The notes under the pieces were generated by a model, which searched no databases, was not told the DNA's origin, and saw nothing but the letters and a program-made list of their open reading frames with translations. Shown in pieces: positions 44,567 through 54,288 of a stretch of DNA of 64,000 nucleotides; positions within the stretch are counted from its first letter, which is position 1, and each line of letters begins with the position of its first letter. This DNA is from a virus (Duplodnaviria > Caudoviricetes), in the IMG/VR virus record IMGVR_UViG_3300046318_000439, positions 64,001 to 128,000 of that record. One strand, given 5' to 3'. A program made the position numbers and the translations under genes.

Positions 44567-45049
44567 TTACTTAAATACGCGAGACACATAATAGTACGCG
44601 TTGGCGAATGTAATACCAAGTTCTACCTGGATCAGTTTAGCTACATCACTAGCCTTCTTATCGCGATTAGCTTCAAAGATTTCTAATGCACGTGCCTTCT
44701 TATCATTTACTGGCTTTGCTGCTGCTTCCATTTCACTCTCCTTCATAACAAACATATATGGGTGTTTAATCTTCATAACATACAATTTTTCTTGAGCAAT
44801 CAATAGAGCTGCTTCAGGATTGTAGTCTAGTTTGTTGATGATCGCTTGCTCCATCAATGCTTTCGCGATGATAGTAGCATCTACGGTACCTACAACAAAC
44901 TTACCACCAAGTTGTTTGATTATTTGATTAGACATTGCTGATGGATCTGGCGCATCAGTAATACGGTCTCCTACTTTCTGGACCGCACGGATCACAGAAG
45001 CATTAGGGTCAATGTCATACTTTTTGAACACAGACTGAACATCCATCAT
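44567..45049 (-). CDS. Hypothetical protein
   Basis: Promoter TTGACT-N17-TATAAT at 45082-45110 and AAAGGA RBS. Confidence 0.7.
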   Translation of the reverse strand: MMDVQSVFKKYDIDPNASVIRAVQKVGDRITDAPDPSAMSNQIIKQLGGKFVVGTVDATIIAKALMEQAIINKLDYNPEAALLIAQEKLYVMKIKHPYMFVMKESEMEAAAKPVNDKKARALEIFEANRDKKASDVAKLIQVELGITFANAYYYVSRVFK

Positions 45050-45130
45050 TTTTACATCCTTTATCAGTTAAGGTATAGCCTATTATATACAGTTTTTGAC
45101 CGGAAGTCAACAGGCTATAACTATCTGATT

Positions 45131-45898
45131 TTAAACGTTTAATTCAGGATTTTCACGGGGATAATCAGCAGGGCTGGGAAGCGTATATAATTCATGGTAC
45201 CGCGCAAAAAGGTCTCTTGCCTTTTGACGGTAATCTGCTGTTTTCTTAACGAAAAGTTGATGCTTACTTTCACCACCTTCAACTGCAACAATGATTGCTA
45301 ACTGAGGAATGTGTAATGGTTTGATATCCTTATACATCTCTTCAATCATAATTGCATATACTGTCGATTGGATAAAGTAATCCTCAATCCAACCTTCTTT
45401 CTTGTTCTTGCTTGCTGTCTTAAAGTCAGCAATTGTATTCACACCTTGAAATCTACAGAACACATCAGTACGACCAGCTGTCTTTAGCTCATGTGAAAAT
45501 AATGCCATTTCATTTCCATAAACAATCTCAATGTTCTCATCGATTACAGGCTTTATATTCTTGAACAACTCTACAGCTATAGGCATGCTCTTACCAATAT
45601 AGTTTTCTTTATTACGGAGGTAATCCTCGCAGATTTGATGCATTTCTGTACCGCGATCTGTTGCTCGCTTTGAAATACGATTAGCTTCTGCTAAACCAAC
45701 TCTTTTTCTCCACTCGATTAAGAATGTTTGATCCTTCATTGCTGAAAGAACAGTAGTCACTGATGGGTAAAGCGCTCCGTCAGGAGTACGATAGTAGCGC
45801 TTCCCATCAATATAAGTTGAATCTAAATCAATTACCGGAAGTTCTTGTATTTCGAACATCTTTCGCGGCTGCTTGGTCTTCGAGTTGAATCTTTGCAA
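45131..45898 (-). CDS. PD-(D/E)xK exonuclease of T4-like phages
   Basis: YPSVTTVL, RGTEMH..CE, AGRTD, IADFKT. Confidence 0.88.
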   Translation of the reverse strand: MQRFNSKTKQPRKMFEIQELPVIDLDSTYIDGKRYYRTPDGALYPSVTTVLSAMKDQTFLIEWRKRVGLAEANRISKRATDRGTEMHQICEDYLRNKENYIGKSMPIAVELFKNIKPVIDENIEIVYGNEMALFSHELKTAGRTDVFCRFQGVNTIADFKTASKNKKEGWIEDYFIQSTVYAIMIEEMYKDIKPLHIPQLAIIVAVEGGESKHQLFVKKTADYRQKARDLFARYHELYTLPSPADYPRENPELNV

Positions 45899-46622
45899 GG
45901 ATATAATCTTTCACTAGGGAACTTCTAACAATATCATCAGTAGTAAACTCAATCTTCGTAAATGCACCCATTAGCTGTGCTACATCAAAAAACTTCTGTA
46001 GTCCAGATTTGTCATCACGTTTCTTTAAGTCACACTGTCTATAATCACCACACCATATAATCTTGGATCTGTGTCCAACACGAGTCATTACGGTATCAAT
46101 TTCCTCGTACGTCATGTTCTGCATTTCATCAACAATAATGATTGCATCATCGAATGTCATGCCTCGGATAAATGAAGTTGAAATAAACTCAACAACTCCT
46201 TGCTCCTCTAAACGCGCATAGGCGTCCTTTCTACCAAACAACGTTTCACATATTTGTCTATATGGTTGTTGATAAATTTCAAGCTTACCTTCAATGTCGC
46301 CTGGTAGATGTCCAATTTCTCTACCCTGCACAGCCGATCTAACTATAATAACCTTGTCAAATGGGTTGCTCTTATCTAATACTTCTTCTAACGCTTTATA
46401 CACCGCAATAAAACTTTTACCAGTACCTGCTACGCCATGTAAAGCTACAAAATAATCGCCTCGCTTATATGCATCATAAAACTTCTTCTGATTATTTGTC
46501 AACGGATCAAAAGTTTTCATATGATCCAGTTTAATCTTTAGAGGCTGATGCTGCTTTGATGGTTGCTCTGCGTGAGCTTCATTACTTACTATATGTAATG
46601 CATTGTTAGAGCGCTTGGCCAT
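45828..46622 (-). CDS. phoH: PhoH-like ATPase
   Basis: GVAGTGKS, SFIRGMTF, IIVDEMQN, GD..QCD, DIVRSSLVK. Confidence 0.93.
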   Translation of the reverse strand: MAKRSNNALHIVSNEAHAEQPSKQHQPLKIKLDHMKTFDPLTNNQKKFYDAYKRGDYFVALHGVAGTGKSFIAVYKALEEVLDKSNPFDKVIIVRSAVQGREIGHLPGDIEGKLEIYQQPYRQICETLFGRKDAYARLEEQGVVEFISTSFIRGMTFDDAIIIVDEMQNMTYEEIDTVMTRVGHRSKIIWCGDYRQCDLKKRDDKSGLQKFFDVAQLMGAFTKIEFTTDDIVRSSLVKDYILAKIQLEDQAAAKDVRNTRTSGN

Positions 46623-46640
46623 GTTTCTCCCGTATTTTTA

Positions 46641-46946
46641 TTATGACGGATTTGAGCTCCTCCACTTTCGGACAGCTCGTTCCGTTTGGACCTGCTTAAT
46701 AGATTTCCTTCCGTGATTATCTGCTAAGGGTGAATCGGGATGTGCATCAGAAATTTTAGACAATACGTCTCTAAACCCTCCAGCTACCTTATCTCTAACA
46801 GACACTCCAGAAACAATGTTTGGAGCTCCATCGATATAACGTTCGTGGGTTGGGTTCTGAGTTTTATACTCATCTAAGTCCTTGATACTCATCATGATAT
46901 CAAACACCTCATCAGTTTCAGTATCTTTGAAGGAATAGATTGGCAT
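46641..46946 (-). CDS. FmdB-like regulatory protein (Cys-less variant)
   Basis: MPIYSFKD..T.EVFD..MSI, GGFRDVLSKI. Confidence 0.65.
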   Translation of the reverse strand: MPIYSFKDTETDEVFDIMMSIKDLDEYKTQNPTHERYIDGAPNIVSGVSVRDKVAGGFRDVLSKISDAHPDSPLADNHGRKSIKQVQTERAVRKWRSSNPS

Positions 46947-46947
46947 A

Positions 46948-47100
46948 TTACTTCGTTGTTGTCTTTTTTTGACGTGGCTTACGTGTAGCTTTAATTTTTG
47001 CTGGTGTTGCAGGCACTTCAGCTACTGGAGCTTCTTCTACCTTTACTTCTTCGGCTTTAGGTTTTGACAACCCAAATAGTTTAGCTAATGTTGAAAACAT
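46948..47100 (-). CDS. Small hypothetical protein (50 aa)
   Basis: MFSTLAKLFGLSKPKAEE...; GGAG RBS. Confidence 0.55.
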   Translation of the reverse strand: MFSTLAKLFGLSKPKAEEVKVEEAPVAEVPATPAKIKATRKPRQKKTTTK

Positions 47101-47116
47101 TTTTATCTCCTAGTTA

Positions 47117-47299
47117 TTAAAAATCATCCATATCGACTAAGTTTCTCAAACTCTTTACTCTCAATGCTTTGTCAATTGCATTGTTAGCTTTTTGCTGCAT
47201 ATGCGTTTTTATCTTCTTAGATAAATGGTGGCTGTTCTCGCCATACTCTTTAAAAGATAAATGCGACTTTTTACTTTGCTTATGAGGATTGTGCTTCAT
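47117..47299 (-). CDS. Hypothetical protein
   Basis: ORF track. Confidence 0.55.
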   Translation of the reverse strand: MKHNPHKQSKKSHLSFKEYGENSHHLSKKIKTHMQQKANNAIDKALRVKSLRNLVDMDDF

Positions 47300-47738
47300 T
47301 TGTTACTGGCTCTGCAATAAGACCTGGAAAGGCTTCTTTTACTAATTTGTTTGTAATACCTTTGTACGGAATCTTCTTATCTTTTATTGCTACGAGTAGA
47401 TTAGCATCTTCTGGATGTACAGACTCAAGCAATTCAATATAAAGCGATTCGCGTTTTAATTTAGTGAGATTTGGATTACCTCCCTTGATAAACAAGTAGA
47501 GGCGTCGTGTCTCTGCCATCAATCTCATTTCCTGTGCTGGATATGGACATGGTTTGTAAGGTGGTGCACCTGTAGGTAGATCCCAAACAATACTAGGGTC
47601 AAGAGCATACTTCAAAATCGTTTGAAGTGCTGGTGAATTATTAGCTCTCAAGAATAATACTTTATCCTCTGTGCCTTTTAGTTTAGATGCTTGTTCGAGT
47701 ACTTGAAAAATACCTAGTCTCATATTAAAAATCGCCAA
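47280..47738 (-). CDS. Conserved T4-like hypothetical protein
   Basis: LPTGAPPY, KRESLYIELLESVHPEDA. Confidence 0.8.
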   Translation of the reverse strand: MAIFNMRLGIFQVLEQASKLKGTEDKVLFLRANNSPALQTILKYALDPSIVWDLPTGAPPYKPCPYPAQEMRLMAETRRLYLFIKGGNPNLTKLKRESLYIELLESVHPEDANLLVAIKDKKIPYKGITNKLVKEAFPGLIAEPVTNEAQSS

Positions 47739-48585
47739 TCAGTTCAGTTAATGAATTTAGTTTATGTTTTTTTAGATATGCCAACAATAAGTGCTTAGTC
47801 TTACCTGCTTGGGCTTGATAAGCTGCCATAATATCGACACGCAAATTTTCCGGAATCATGTGTAGATCAATTAGCTGTTCGTTGCGTTTAAAATTCTTCA
47901 ATTGATCTTCCGGTAAGACTGTGGAAAGATCGGCAACGCTTGTGAGAAACTCAATACGCTTCGCTGGAAGTGATTTCTGACGTTCTCCCTCAGCAATACA
48001 ATTGTCTGCAGACATGATGTTAGGAATACCGTCTCCGCGGTCTCCTTTAAGGATGTGTTCTCGCAGATATCTGTGAGGATCCACGTGCTTAATGTATTTT
48101 TTAAGAACAGGGTTGTACTGTTCGACATTTCCATATACTTGTAACTGAACAAAATCTTTATCTCCAGAAAGAATTATAATTTTTTCCGAAGAATTAAGGA
48201 TAGTACCAAATTCAATGCAGAGTGTAGCAATAACATCATCAGCTTCTGCTCCATCCACCTGAACTACTCTATAAGGAGAATTCGTCTTTAATTCGTCCTT
48301 AACCTTATTTAGACAATTGAATATTTGGTTCCAATCAACATCTGATTCTTCCCTTGCCTTTTTGCGGTTAGCTTTGTAATACGGGAATATTTGTTTACGC
48401 CAGTAAAATTTATCATCACAGGCGATTATCATTTCTCCGTGATCCCGGAACTGCTTACGGTAAGAACGCAATGCGTTAAGGACCATGTGTCTAAACAGGT
48501 CCTCTTCGATTGCTGTATTTGTGTGGTTTCCAAGTTGAGCCATTATGTTGGCAATCATAACTTGGTTAATGTCGACTATTATCAT
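47725..48585 (-). CDS. rnh: RNase H / 5'-3' exonuclease (T4 rnh)
   Basis: YWRKQIFPYYKANRKK, GAEADD, SGDKDF, LKGDRGDGIPN. Confidence 0.93.
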   Translation of the reverse strand: MIIVDINQVMIANIMAQLGNHTNTAIEEDLFRHMVLNALRSYRKQFRDHGEMIIACDDKFYWRKQIFPYYKANRKKAREESDVDWNQIFNCLNKVKDELKTNSPYRVVQVDGAEADDVIATLCIEFGTILNSSEKIIILSGDKDFVQLQVYGNVEQYNPVLKKYIKHVDPHRYLREHILKGDRGDGIPNIMSADNCIAEGERQKSLPAKRIEFLTSVADLSTVLPEDQLKNFKRNEQLIDLHMIPENLRVDIMAAYQAQAGKTKHLLLAYLKKHKLNSLTELIGDF

Positions 48586-48623
48586 TCCGCAAGTATATCA
48601 TATTTGATTAGTAAAATCAACTG

Positions 48624-49565
48624 TTAGGCAACACCTTTATCTTGTAGGATAGATGTCAAAAAGGCTTTCCACTGTTGTTCCCGGTATTGCCAGCTATAAA
48701 ACACATCAGCATACGATTTTTGACCACCTAAACGCGTTTGTACTCCATCCGTCCAGTAATTATCAATGCCTGCTGCAAGGTGATTGTACAAAATCTTTGC
48801 GTGGTCACGTTTATCTTGAGCCCACTGGTACATCCATGTCCAGTTAGCAGCCGTTTCATACAAAGCTCCATAATTGGGATGGATGCATAAACAACCAGCA
48901 CTCATTCCTTCCATAAGAGCCATGCATGATGTCTCTAACCATATTGATGGATATGCTTGAATGTGAGCTTCAGCCAATGCTGCTCGTACTACCTCATTTG
49001 GTTGGTATCCATGATAGTTAATTTTAGGATGATCTTCACAGCGTTTAAACAGCTCTTTATACGGTTCATCACGTTCTTCCCATCCATATGCCTTAAAAGA
49101 AGAGAACACGTCTAATTCGATGTTATCGTAGTTTTTACACAGCTCCTCAAACACAGGAACGAGAATCTCCAATCCACGGTGGGGAGTTGTATTGTAGATA
49201 ATTTTAATCTTATCTTTTGACTTTTCTTTTACTTGGATTGGTTCAATGGCATTTTGAATAACGACAGATTTATACCACGGTAAACCATAATGTTGTTGAT
49301 ATTGTTGGAACTGCCAATTAGAAACAAAAATAAGTTTTTCGAATTGATTCCAGCCACCATTAGCTAGGTGAGCTGATTCTGGGTCACTAGGTAGGTCATG
49401 CAACCAATATAGTTCAATCTTACCAGGTTCTGTTCCACGAAAACGGCTAGCAGTGATGTGAAACTTATCTAGGAGTTCAGGTTCAATCCGATCCTGCAAA
49501 CCATGCTTCATCATTTCTGTGCCGCCATTAGCATTCTTACTCATTTCATCTGTTGCAATAGACAT
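48624..49565 (-). CDS. Glycosyltransferase (GT-B, family 4-like)
   Basis: GGTE, WLHDL, YNTTPHRGL, YPSIWLETSC...EGMSAG. Confidence 0.85.
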   Translation of the reverse strand: MSIATDEMSKNANGGTEMMKHGLQDRIEPELLDKFHITASRFRGTEPGKIELYWLHDLPSDPESAHLANGGWNQFEKLIFVSNWQFQQYQQHYGLPWYKSVVIQNAIEPIQVKEKSKDKIKIIYNTTPHRGLEILVPVFEELCKNYDNIELDVFSSFKAYGWEERDEPYKELFKRCEDHPKINYHGYQPNEVVRAALAEAHIQAYPSIWLETSCMALMEGMSAGCLCIHPNYGALYETAANWTWMYQWAQDKRDHAKILYNHLAAGIDNYWTDGVQTRLGGQKSYADVFYSWQYREQQWKAFLTSILQDKGVA

Positions 49566-49567
49566 AA

Positions 49568-49900
49568 TTATTCAATTCCGAATTCAATTGTATTAACAGT
49601 ATCTAGTCGGAAAGATCTCCACGCATTCTTTTCCATATCCCATACTGCAAGCGTTTCTGTATTTTCTTCTTTCACACGCTCGGTTGTTTTTTCGTGCGGA
49701 ACCACAACACCTTCTTGGAGTGTACACTTCATTTTACGTTCCGTACCATCCTTCTTAGTGAAGGTCACATATACAGGACCCATTTTGAGGTGAGATTTCA
49801 ACCAGTCTCTGCCTTCTTGTGTTGCAAGGGGCTTTTCACATGTTGTAGTGCCTAGTGGTCCGTTTTCCATAATCATTTTCCTTTTCTCACGATTAACCAT
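49568..49900 (-). CDS. SH3-like (DUF2693/WYL_2-type) protein
   Basis: VTFTKKDGTERKMKCTL, VWDMEKNAWRSFR. Confidence 0.75.
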   Translation of the reverse strand: MVNREKRKMIMENGPLGTTTCEKPLATQEGRDWLKSHLKMGPVYVTFTKKDGTERKMKCTLQEGVVVPHEKTTERVKEENTETLAVWDMEKNAWRSFRLDTVNTIEFGIE

Positions 49901-50073
49901 GATTCTTTTGCAAAAGATAGCTGAGTGGCTCCCCTACTAGGAACGTTCATTACCCAATAGGATTTGCCATCAATATCTCGCTCATTCACAATGTTACCAT
50001 AAATCATCTCACTATTGAAACGATTCTTAATAACAGCGTCATATTTTATTTGGTATTGATTCTTTTTCATCAT
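49873..50073 (-). CDS. Hypothetical protein
   Basis: ORF track. Confidence 0.55.
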   Translation of the reverse strand: MMKKNQYQIKYDAVIKNRFNSEMIYGNIVNERDIDGKSYWVMNVPSRGATQLSFAKESWLIVRKGK

Positions 50074-50082
50074 ATCATTTTA

Positions 50083-50159
50083 TGGTGGGCCGAGTAGGAC
50101 TTGAACCTACGACCAACGGGTTATGAGCCCGCTGCTCTAACCAACTGAGCTATCGGCCC
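50083..50159 (-). tRNA. tRNA with CAT anticodon (probably Ile2, possibly elongator Met)
   Basis: Cloverleaf GGGCCGA/TCGGCCC, loop CTCATAA, GGTTCAAGTCC, CCA; paired G1-C72 excludes initiator. Confidence 0.93.
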
Positions 50160-50308
50160 TATTCATACTCCCTTGTTGGAATATCAGCTGTGCCTCGTCT
50201 TACCTTTCCATTCATCTTGTGAATGGTGTGGTCTATTCTATCCTTCCAATATGGAGGGACAAAATTTCGTAGCACATTTAAAAATTTAACTAATTCGTCT
50301 GGGTTCAT
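50159..50308 (-). CDS. Small hypothetical protein (49 aa)
   Basis: MNPDELVKFLNVLRNFVPPYW... Confidence 0.5.
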   Translation of the reverse strand: MNPDELVKFLNVLRNFVPPYWKDRIDHTIHKMNGKVRRGTADIPTREYE

Positions 50309-50508
50309 TTAGTGGAGTGTATTTTATCTTTAAAAGAGTTCCATTGGTCCATAGACATTTGAAGTCTTTGCATTTGACCATCTCGATCTTGGAACACTTC
50401 TACATTATACATCCCAACGTAGGCAGAAATCAACGCTTCGCCAACCTGCTGTTCAAAGTCAGGCTTTCTTTCTGGTTTTGGGTGGAGTCTTCCTAGTACT
50501 GCTTTCAT
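50305..50508 (-). CDS. Hypothetical protein
   Basis: ORF track. Confidence 0.55.
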   Translation of the reverse strand: MKAVLGRLHPKPERKPDFEQQVGEALISAYVGMYNVEVFQDRDGQMQRLQMSMDQWNSFKDKIHSTK

Positions 50509-50905
50509 TTAAAATATGCTTTCTATGTACTCGACAAATAACCCAATCATTATAATACAAATCTGGATTTAAGAGAACATCTCTTTGTATTTGTTCTTTA
50601 GTCTCCAAATAAGAACACTCACCTTTAGATTTGCATAAGTGTAATATTTCTCGTTTGAAAGCACCTTCTCCAAGTAGCTCTACGTCTTTATTGAGGGCAA
50701 TAGATGACCCGTAGTAACTTTTCCAGTCACTCTCGCCCAAGTATCGTACTTTTTTCTTTTTGAGGATTTTGGTTTTCTTAAACCAAAAAAGTTTCTTACC
50801 AATATATTGCTTGCCTGTTTGCAAGTTGGTAATGTTGTATACAAATCCATAATGCTCTTCAGCTGGACTTTCAAACACTTCCCCATTATAAAACCATTCA
50901 TTCAT
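50459..50905 (-). CDS. Seg-like GIY-YIG endonuclease-domain protein
   Basis: YGFVYNITNL.TGKQYIGKK, SDWKSYYGSS, FKREILHLC..KG..SYLE, YYND. Confidence 0.85.
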   Translation of the reverse strand: MNEWFYNGEVFESPAEEHYGFVYNITNLQTGKQYIGKKLFWFKKTKILKKKKVRYLGESDWKSYYGSSIALNKDVELLGEGAFKREILHLCKSKGECSYLETKEQIQRDVLLNPDLYYNDWVICRVHRKHILNESSTRKTPPKTRKKA

Positions 50906-50933
50906 TATACTATATATTCAAAAGGAGACAACT

Positions 50934-51029
50934 ATGTTATTTTGGTTATTATTTTTCGCTGTTGCTAGTCTTATCGTCATCGGTATGATAAAATTGAGAG
51001 ACTGGATCGACGGCCCAGAAAACAAATAA
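50934..51029 (+). CDS. Small membrane peptide (31 aa)
   Basis: MLFWLLFFAVASLIVIGMIKLRDWIDGPENK*; AAAGGAG RBS. Confidence 0.6.
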   Translation: MLFWLLFFAVASLIVIGMIKLRDWIDGPENK

Positions 51030-51057
51030 TTTACTAAGTATTCCTATATACTTATCC

Positions 51058-51261
51058 ATGTTAAAATATATTATGTTTTATGCTAAACGAGGGATGAATA
51101 TGATTCGAATATTTACTCGTAGGGCTAAATCTTTATGCCTTTCTGCCATTGGCAGGAAACCTAACAGTGGTTGGAGTAAAGAGTTGTATAGAGATGGAAA
51201 GAGCAACTACTACGACGCTAAGGCTGATAGCACCAACACATACAACCTTCATAAAAAGTAA
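51058..51261 (+). CDS. Hypothetical protein
   Basis: ORF track. Confidence 0.45.
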   Translation: MLKYIMFYAKRGMNMIRIFTRRAKSLCLSAIGRKPNSGWSKELYRDGKSNYYDAKADSTNTYNLHKK

Positions 51262-51343
51262 CAAAAGTTACACAACTAACTTCCCACCCGTAAAAACTGT
51301 TTAGAGTAATAAATATTTTCATACAACAAAGGATTAGTTCGAT

Positions 51344-53773
51344 ATGAATAATATTACAAATGTAAGTCAAGCTCAGATTCTCGATGACTTAACATCACTC
51401 CAACAAGACACTCCTAAATTAGATAACGCCAAACAAGATGTGGCCGTCAATTCGGAAACCGTCAAATCAGATGACCCATCCCTATCAAGACCTGAAGAAA
51501 AGAAGATTGATTCTCGTGGATTACCAGAAGGCGGTAAACCATACGAATATGATGTACAATCTACTGAATTAAAAAATAATTTCGAATTAACTAACAAGCA
51601 AGACAATCAAAGAACAGAAGATAACATAAAAGTAGATTCAACGGAACTCAGTCTCGATAATCAAACAGCTAAAGCAAATTTCAGTGAAGTTGTAAGAAAT
51701 CTCAAATCAACTCCATTGGTTGTTGCTACAGACGCGAATAAATCTATCACACAAAATGAATCTTCTAGACCAAATATTGACAATAATCAAAACCAAAAAC
51801 CAAACACTGATGTAATACCACAACAACCTACTGAATTTACTCCAGATGAACCAACTCGTGGCACAGAGGGATCCTACAATAGTGGTTATAGCAGACCAGT
51901 GATTGCAATTGAAATTGATGATACTATTTTGGACGTTGGAGATACTACTGCTGTATATTTTAGAATTTACACCTCAGAATTTGGATTGAATACATCTAGC
52001 TTTACGTTAGATGATATTCAAGTTACTGGTGGTTCACTAAATGATTTTGAATACATTGGTTATCAAACCGATGGCCAAAACTTTTCTTATTTGTATATTG
52101 CAACTTTCACAAAAGATGATAGTAAAACAGGCGGAAACGTATTTGTTGATAGTGATAAGTTTTATGATTACTCACAGGAGGCTTCTTGGGCAAATGAAGA
52201 TAGTGGGTATAATAAAGATGGTGCAGATTTAAATAATACTGTTTCAGTTGAACCTAAACTGGTTGTTAGTAGTTTAACAAATAATATTACTAATACTGAA
52301 ACCAGTATATCAGACCCACAAGTTACCACAACTTATACTGATAATACTTTCTGTCAAAGTGATACAGCTAATAACAGAGAAGTTGACACTACAATCCGTA
52401 ACTATACAGATACGACAAGTATTACAACAACGAAAACCACAACAGTTACGCCTTATACCGTATACACATATAACGATGGCACGACGGAAACAATTTACGA
52501 CAATCCTTTCGTCACGGTAGAATCCACAACTGATAGTACTATTGCAACAAGACAAGAAGTCATCAGCACAGACATTGAAGAACCCACAATCGTTACAGCA
52601 TACGAAGAAACTGTTAATACTACAACAAATCCTTCTTCATCCACAACTACAACATTAGGTTCTCAAACAGTTAGAACAACCGACGATGAGAACGATCGTT
52701 GGGTGGATACAACTACTACAAGTTACCAAACAGTAACCACACAAGATACCGTCACAACAACCACAAGGACTCCAATTTATACGATTACCTATTGCGATGG
52801 AACAATAGAGGTTGAGACTGGCACATCGACGATGACCTCTCAAACAAACACGACAACACAAACGAGTTATTTTGATGAGGTGACTGATGTATCGTATGTA
52901 GATTATCCTGAACCAGAGAAAGAACAAGACAACAACGGACATGGAAACAATCAAGATGGAGAAGATGACTCCAATCCAGGTCAAGGTAGTGGGGGTCCGA
53001 ACGATAATAAAGATACTACTGATGAGGATGAAGGAGCAAACGGAAATACTGATGACGACAATCCAGGCAGTGAAGAAAACAATCAAGATGGTAATGATGG
53101 TGGAGATACAGAACCGCCAATAGACCCACCTGTGGATCCTGAAGAACCTGATAACAACACTGGACAAAATCCAGGAAACGACAAAGATGTTGGCGGTAGT
53201 CCGTTTGATGGTGAAACAGGAGATTCTGGCCAGTCAGGAAATGGCCAAACTCAAGATGGTATAGATACAAATACCAATAATCCTCCTGGTCAAGACGGCA
53301 CACAAGATAGTGGTTCGAGTGCTAGTGATAATAACACAACGCCTACTGATAATGGAAATTCTAGTGGCAACGGTGGCCCACAAGGTAATAATGGTTTTGG
53401 TAATGGAGACCAAGAATCGCCTGGTGGTTCAGAAGATAACAACAATGCAGAAAATAATACACAAACTCCTACAACAGACCTGTTGGATACATTTGTTTAT
53501 GATCTGGACAGTTTATTACCAAATGGAAATAAGATCACAGAAAGTAATCTTAACGATTGGGTTCGTCTGGTAGATAATGCTGATGGTTCAACCACGATAC
53601 AAGTTGATTTACATAGCGGTCGTGGTCAAACTTCTAGTGGTTGGATAGATGTTGCAGATGTACCTGATGTTGATGGACGTCAATCATATTTCGACCCAAC
53701 ACAACAAACATTAGATTTCACAAATCAAAGTGGCGATTGGGTCATAGACCACGAAACACCACCTCAAGTGTAA
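51344..53773 (+). CDS. Large acidic Thr/Asn/Gly-rich adhesin-like protein with Ig-like domain
   Basis: RPVIAIEIDDTILDVGDTTAVYF...FTLDDIQVTGGSLNDF...YIATFT resembles RTX-adhesin Ig repeats; Thr-rich stalk; GNNG repeats. Confidence 0.6.
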   Translation: MNNITNVSQAQILDDLTSLQQDTPKLDNAKQDVAVNSETVKSDDPSLSRPEEKKIDSRGLPEGGKPYEYDVQSTELKNNFELTNKQDNQRTEDNIKVDSTELSLDNQTAKANFSEVVRNLKSTPLVVATDANKSITQNESSRPNIDNNQNQKPNTDVIPQQPTEFTPDEPTRGTEGSYNSGYSRPVIAIEIDDTILDVGDTTAVYFRIYTSEFGLNTSSFTLDDIQVTGGSLNDFEYIGYQTDGQNFSYLYIATFTKDDSKTGGNVFVDSDKFYDYSQEASWANEDSGYNKDGADLNNTVSVEPKLVVSSLTNNITNTETSISDPQVTTTYTDNTFCQSDTANNREVDTTIRNYTDTTSITTTKTTTVTPYTVYTYNDGTTETIYDNPFVTVESTTDSTIATRQEVISTDIEEPTIVTAYEETVNTTTNPSSSTTTTLGSQTVRTTDDENDRWVDTTTTSYQTVTTQDTVTTTTRTPIYTITYCDGTIEVETGTSTMTSQTNTTTQTSYFDEVTDVSYVDYPEPEKEQDNNGHGNNQDGEDDSNPGQGSGGPNDNKDTTDEDEGANGNTDDDNPGSEENNQDGNDGGDTEPPIDPPVDPEEPDNNTGQNPGNDKDVGGSPFDGETGDSGQSGNGQTQDGIDTNTNNPPGQDGTQDSGSSASDNNTTPTDNGNSSGNGGPQGNNGFGNGDQESPGGSEDNNNAENNTQTPTTDLLDTFVYDLDSLLPNGNKITESNLNDWVRLVDNADGSTTIQVDLHSGRGQTSSGWIDVADVPDVDGRQSYFDPTQQTLDFTNQSGDWVIDHETPPQV

Positions 53774-53774
53774 T

Positions 53775-53794
53775 CAGCAGGCATATGCCTGCTG
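53775..53794. terminator. Bidirectional hairpin between convergent genes
   Basis: Perfect palindrome CAGCAGGCATATGCCTGCTG. Confidence 0.65.
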
Positions 53795-53802
53795 AACCAC
53801 AA

Positions 53803-54279
53803 TCACTTAGCTAATGGATTATCCAAAGCCTTTTGGATCTTGTTATCTATTTCTTTTCTCAATTGTCTGATATCTTGATCTGTTTCACGTGATAGCTGTT
53901 TGCCGTCACGCTCTACCTGTTCTACTACCTTTTCCAATCTGCGGATATCATTCTTCAAATCATTTTTAATGTCACGTGTATAGTCAGTAGTTTTTTGTGA
54001 ATTCTCTTCGATTACAGATAAACGCTTATCAAACTCTGTTAAATCAGGAGCAACATACTTTTCAATTTTAGTCTTCATATCTTGATATGATTTGTATACC
54101 TCAAATGTTCCATATAGACCACCTAAGATTGATGATACTAATGTGAATGCTACCATTAACTTTGCTGGTGTGAATTCATAGCCACCAATACTAATGACAG
54201 TATCTTTACTGGCATACTTCTTAACAGCTGATTCCGCCTGATCTATTTTCTTATTAACATCTTTAATTTCTTCTGGCAT
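53803..54279 (-). CDS. Membrane-anchored coiled-coil protein
   Basis: TM segment then heptad-rich tail. Confidence 0.7.
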   Translation of the reverse strand: MPEEIKDVNKKIDQAESAVKKYASKDTVISIGGYEFTPAKLMVAFTLVSSILGGLYGTFEVYKSYQDMKTKIEKYVAPDLTEFDKRLSVIEENSQKTTDYTRDIKNDLKNDIRRLEKVVEQVERDGKQLSRETDQDIRQLRKEIDNKIQKALDNPLAK

Positions 54280-54288
54280 TTTATTTCC

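Noticed and set aside
45131-45898. Cas4/CRISPR association of the exonuclease
   Set aside because: It is the usual PD-(D/E)xK exonuclease next to phoH in T4-like phages, with no Cys cluster or array nearby.
52310-53573. Overlapping alternative ORFs within the 809-aa gene
   Set aside because: By-products of low-complexity Thr/Asn/Asp codons.
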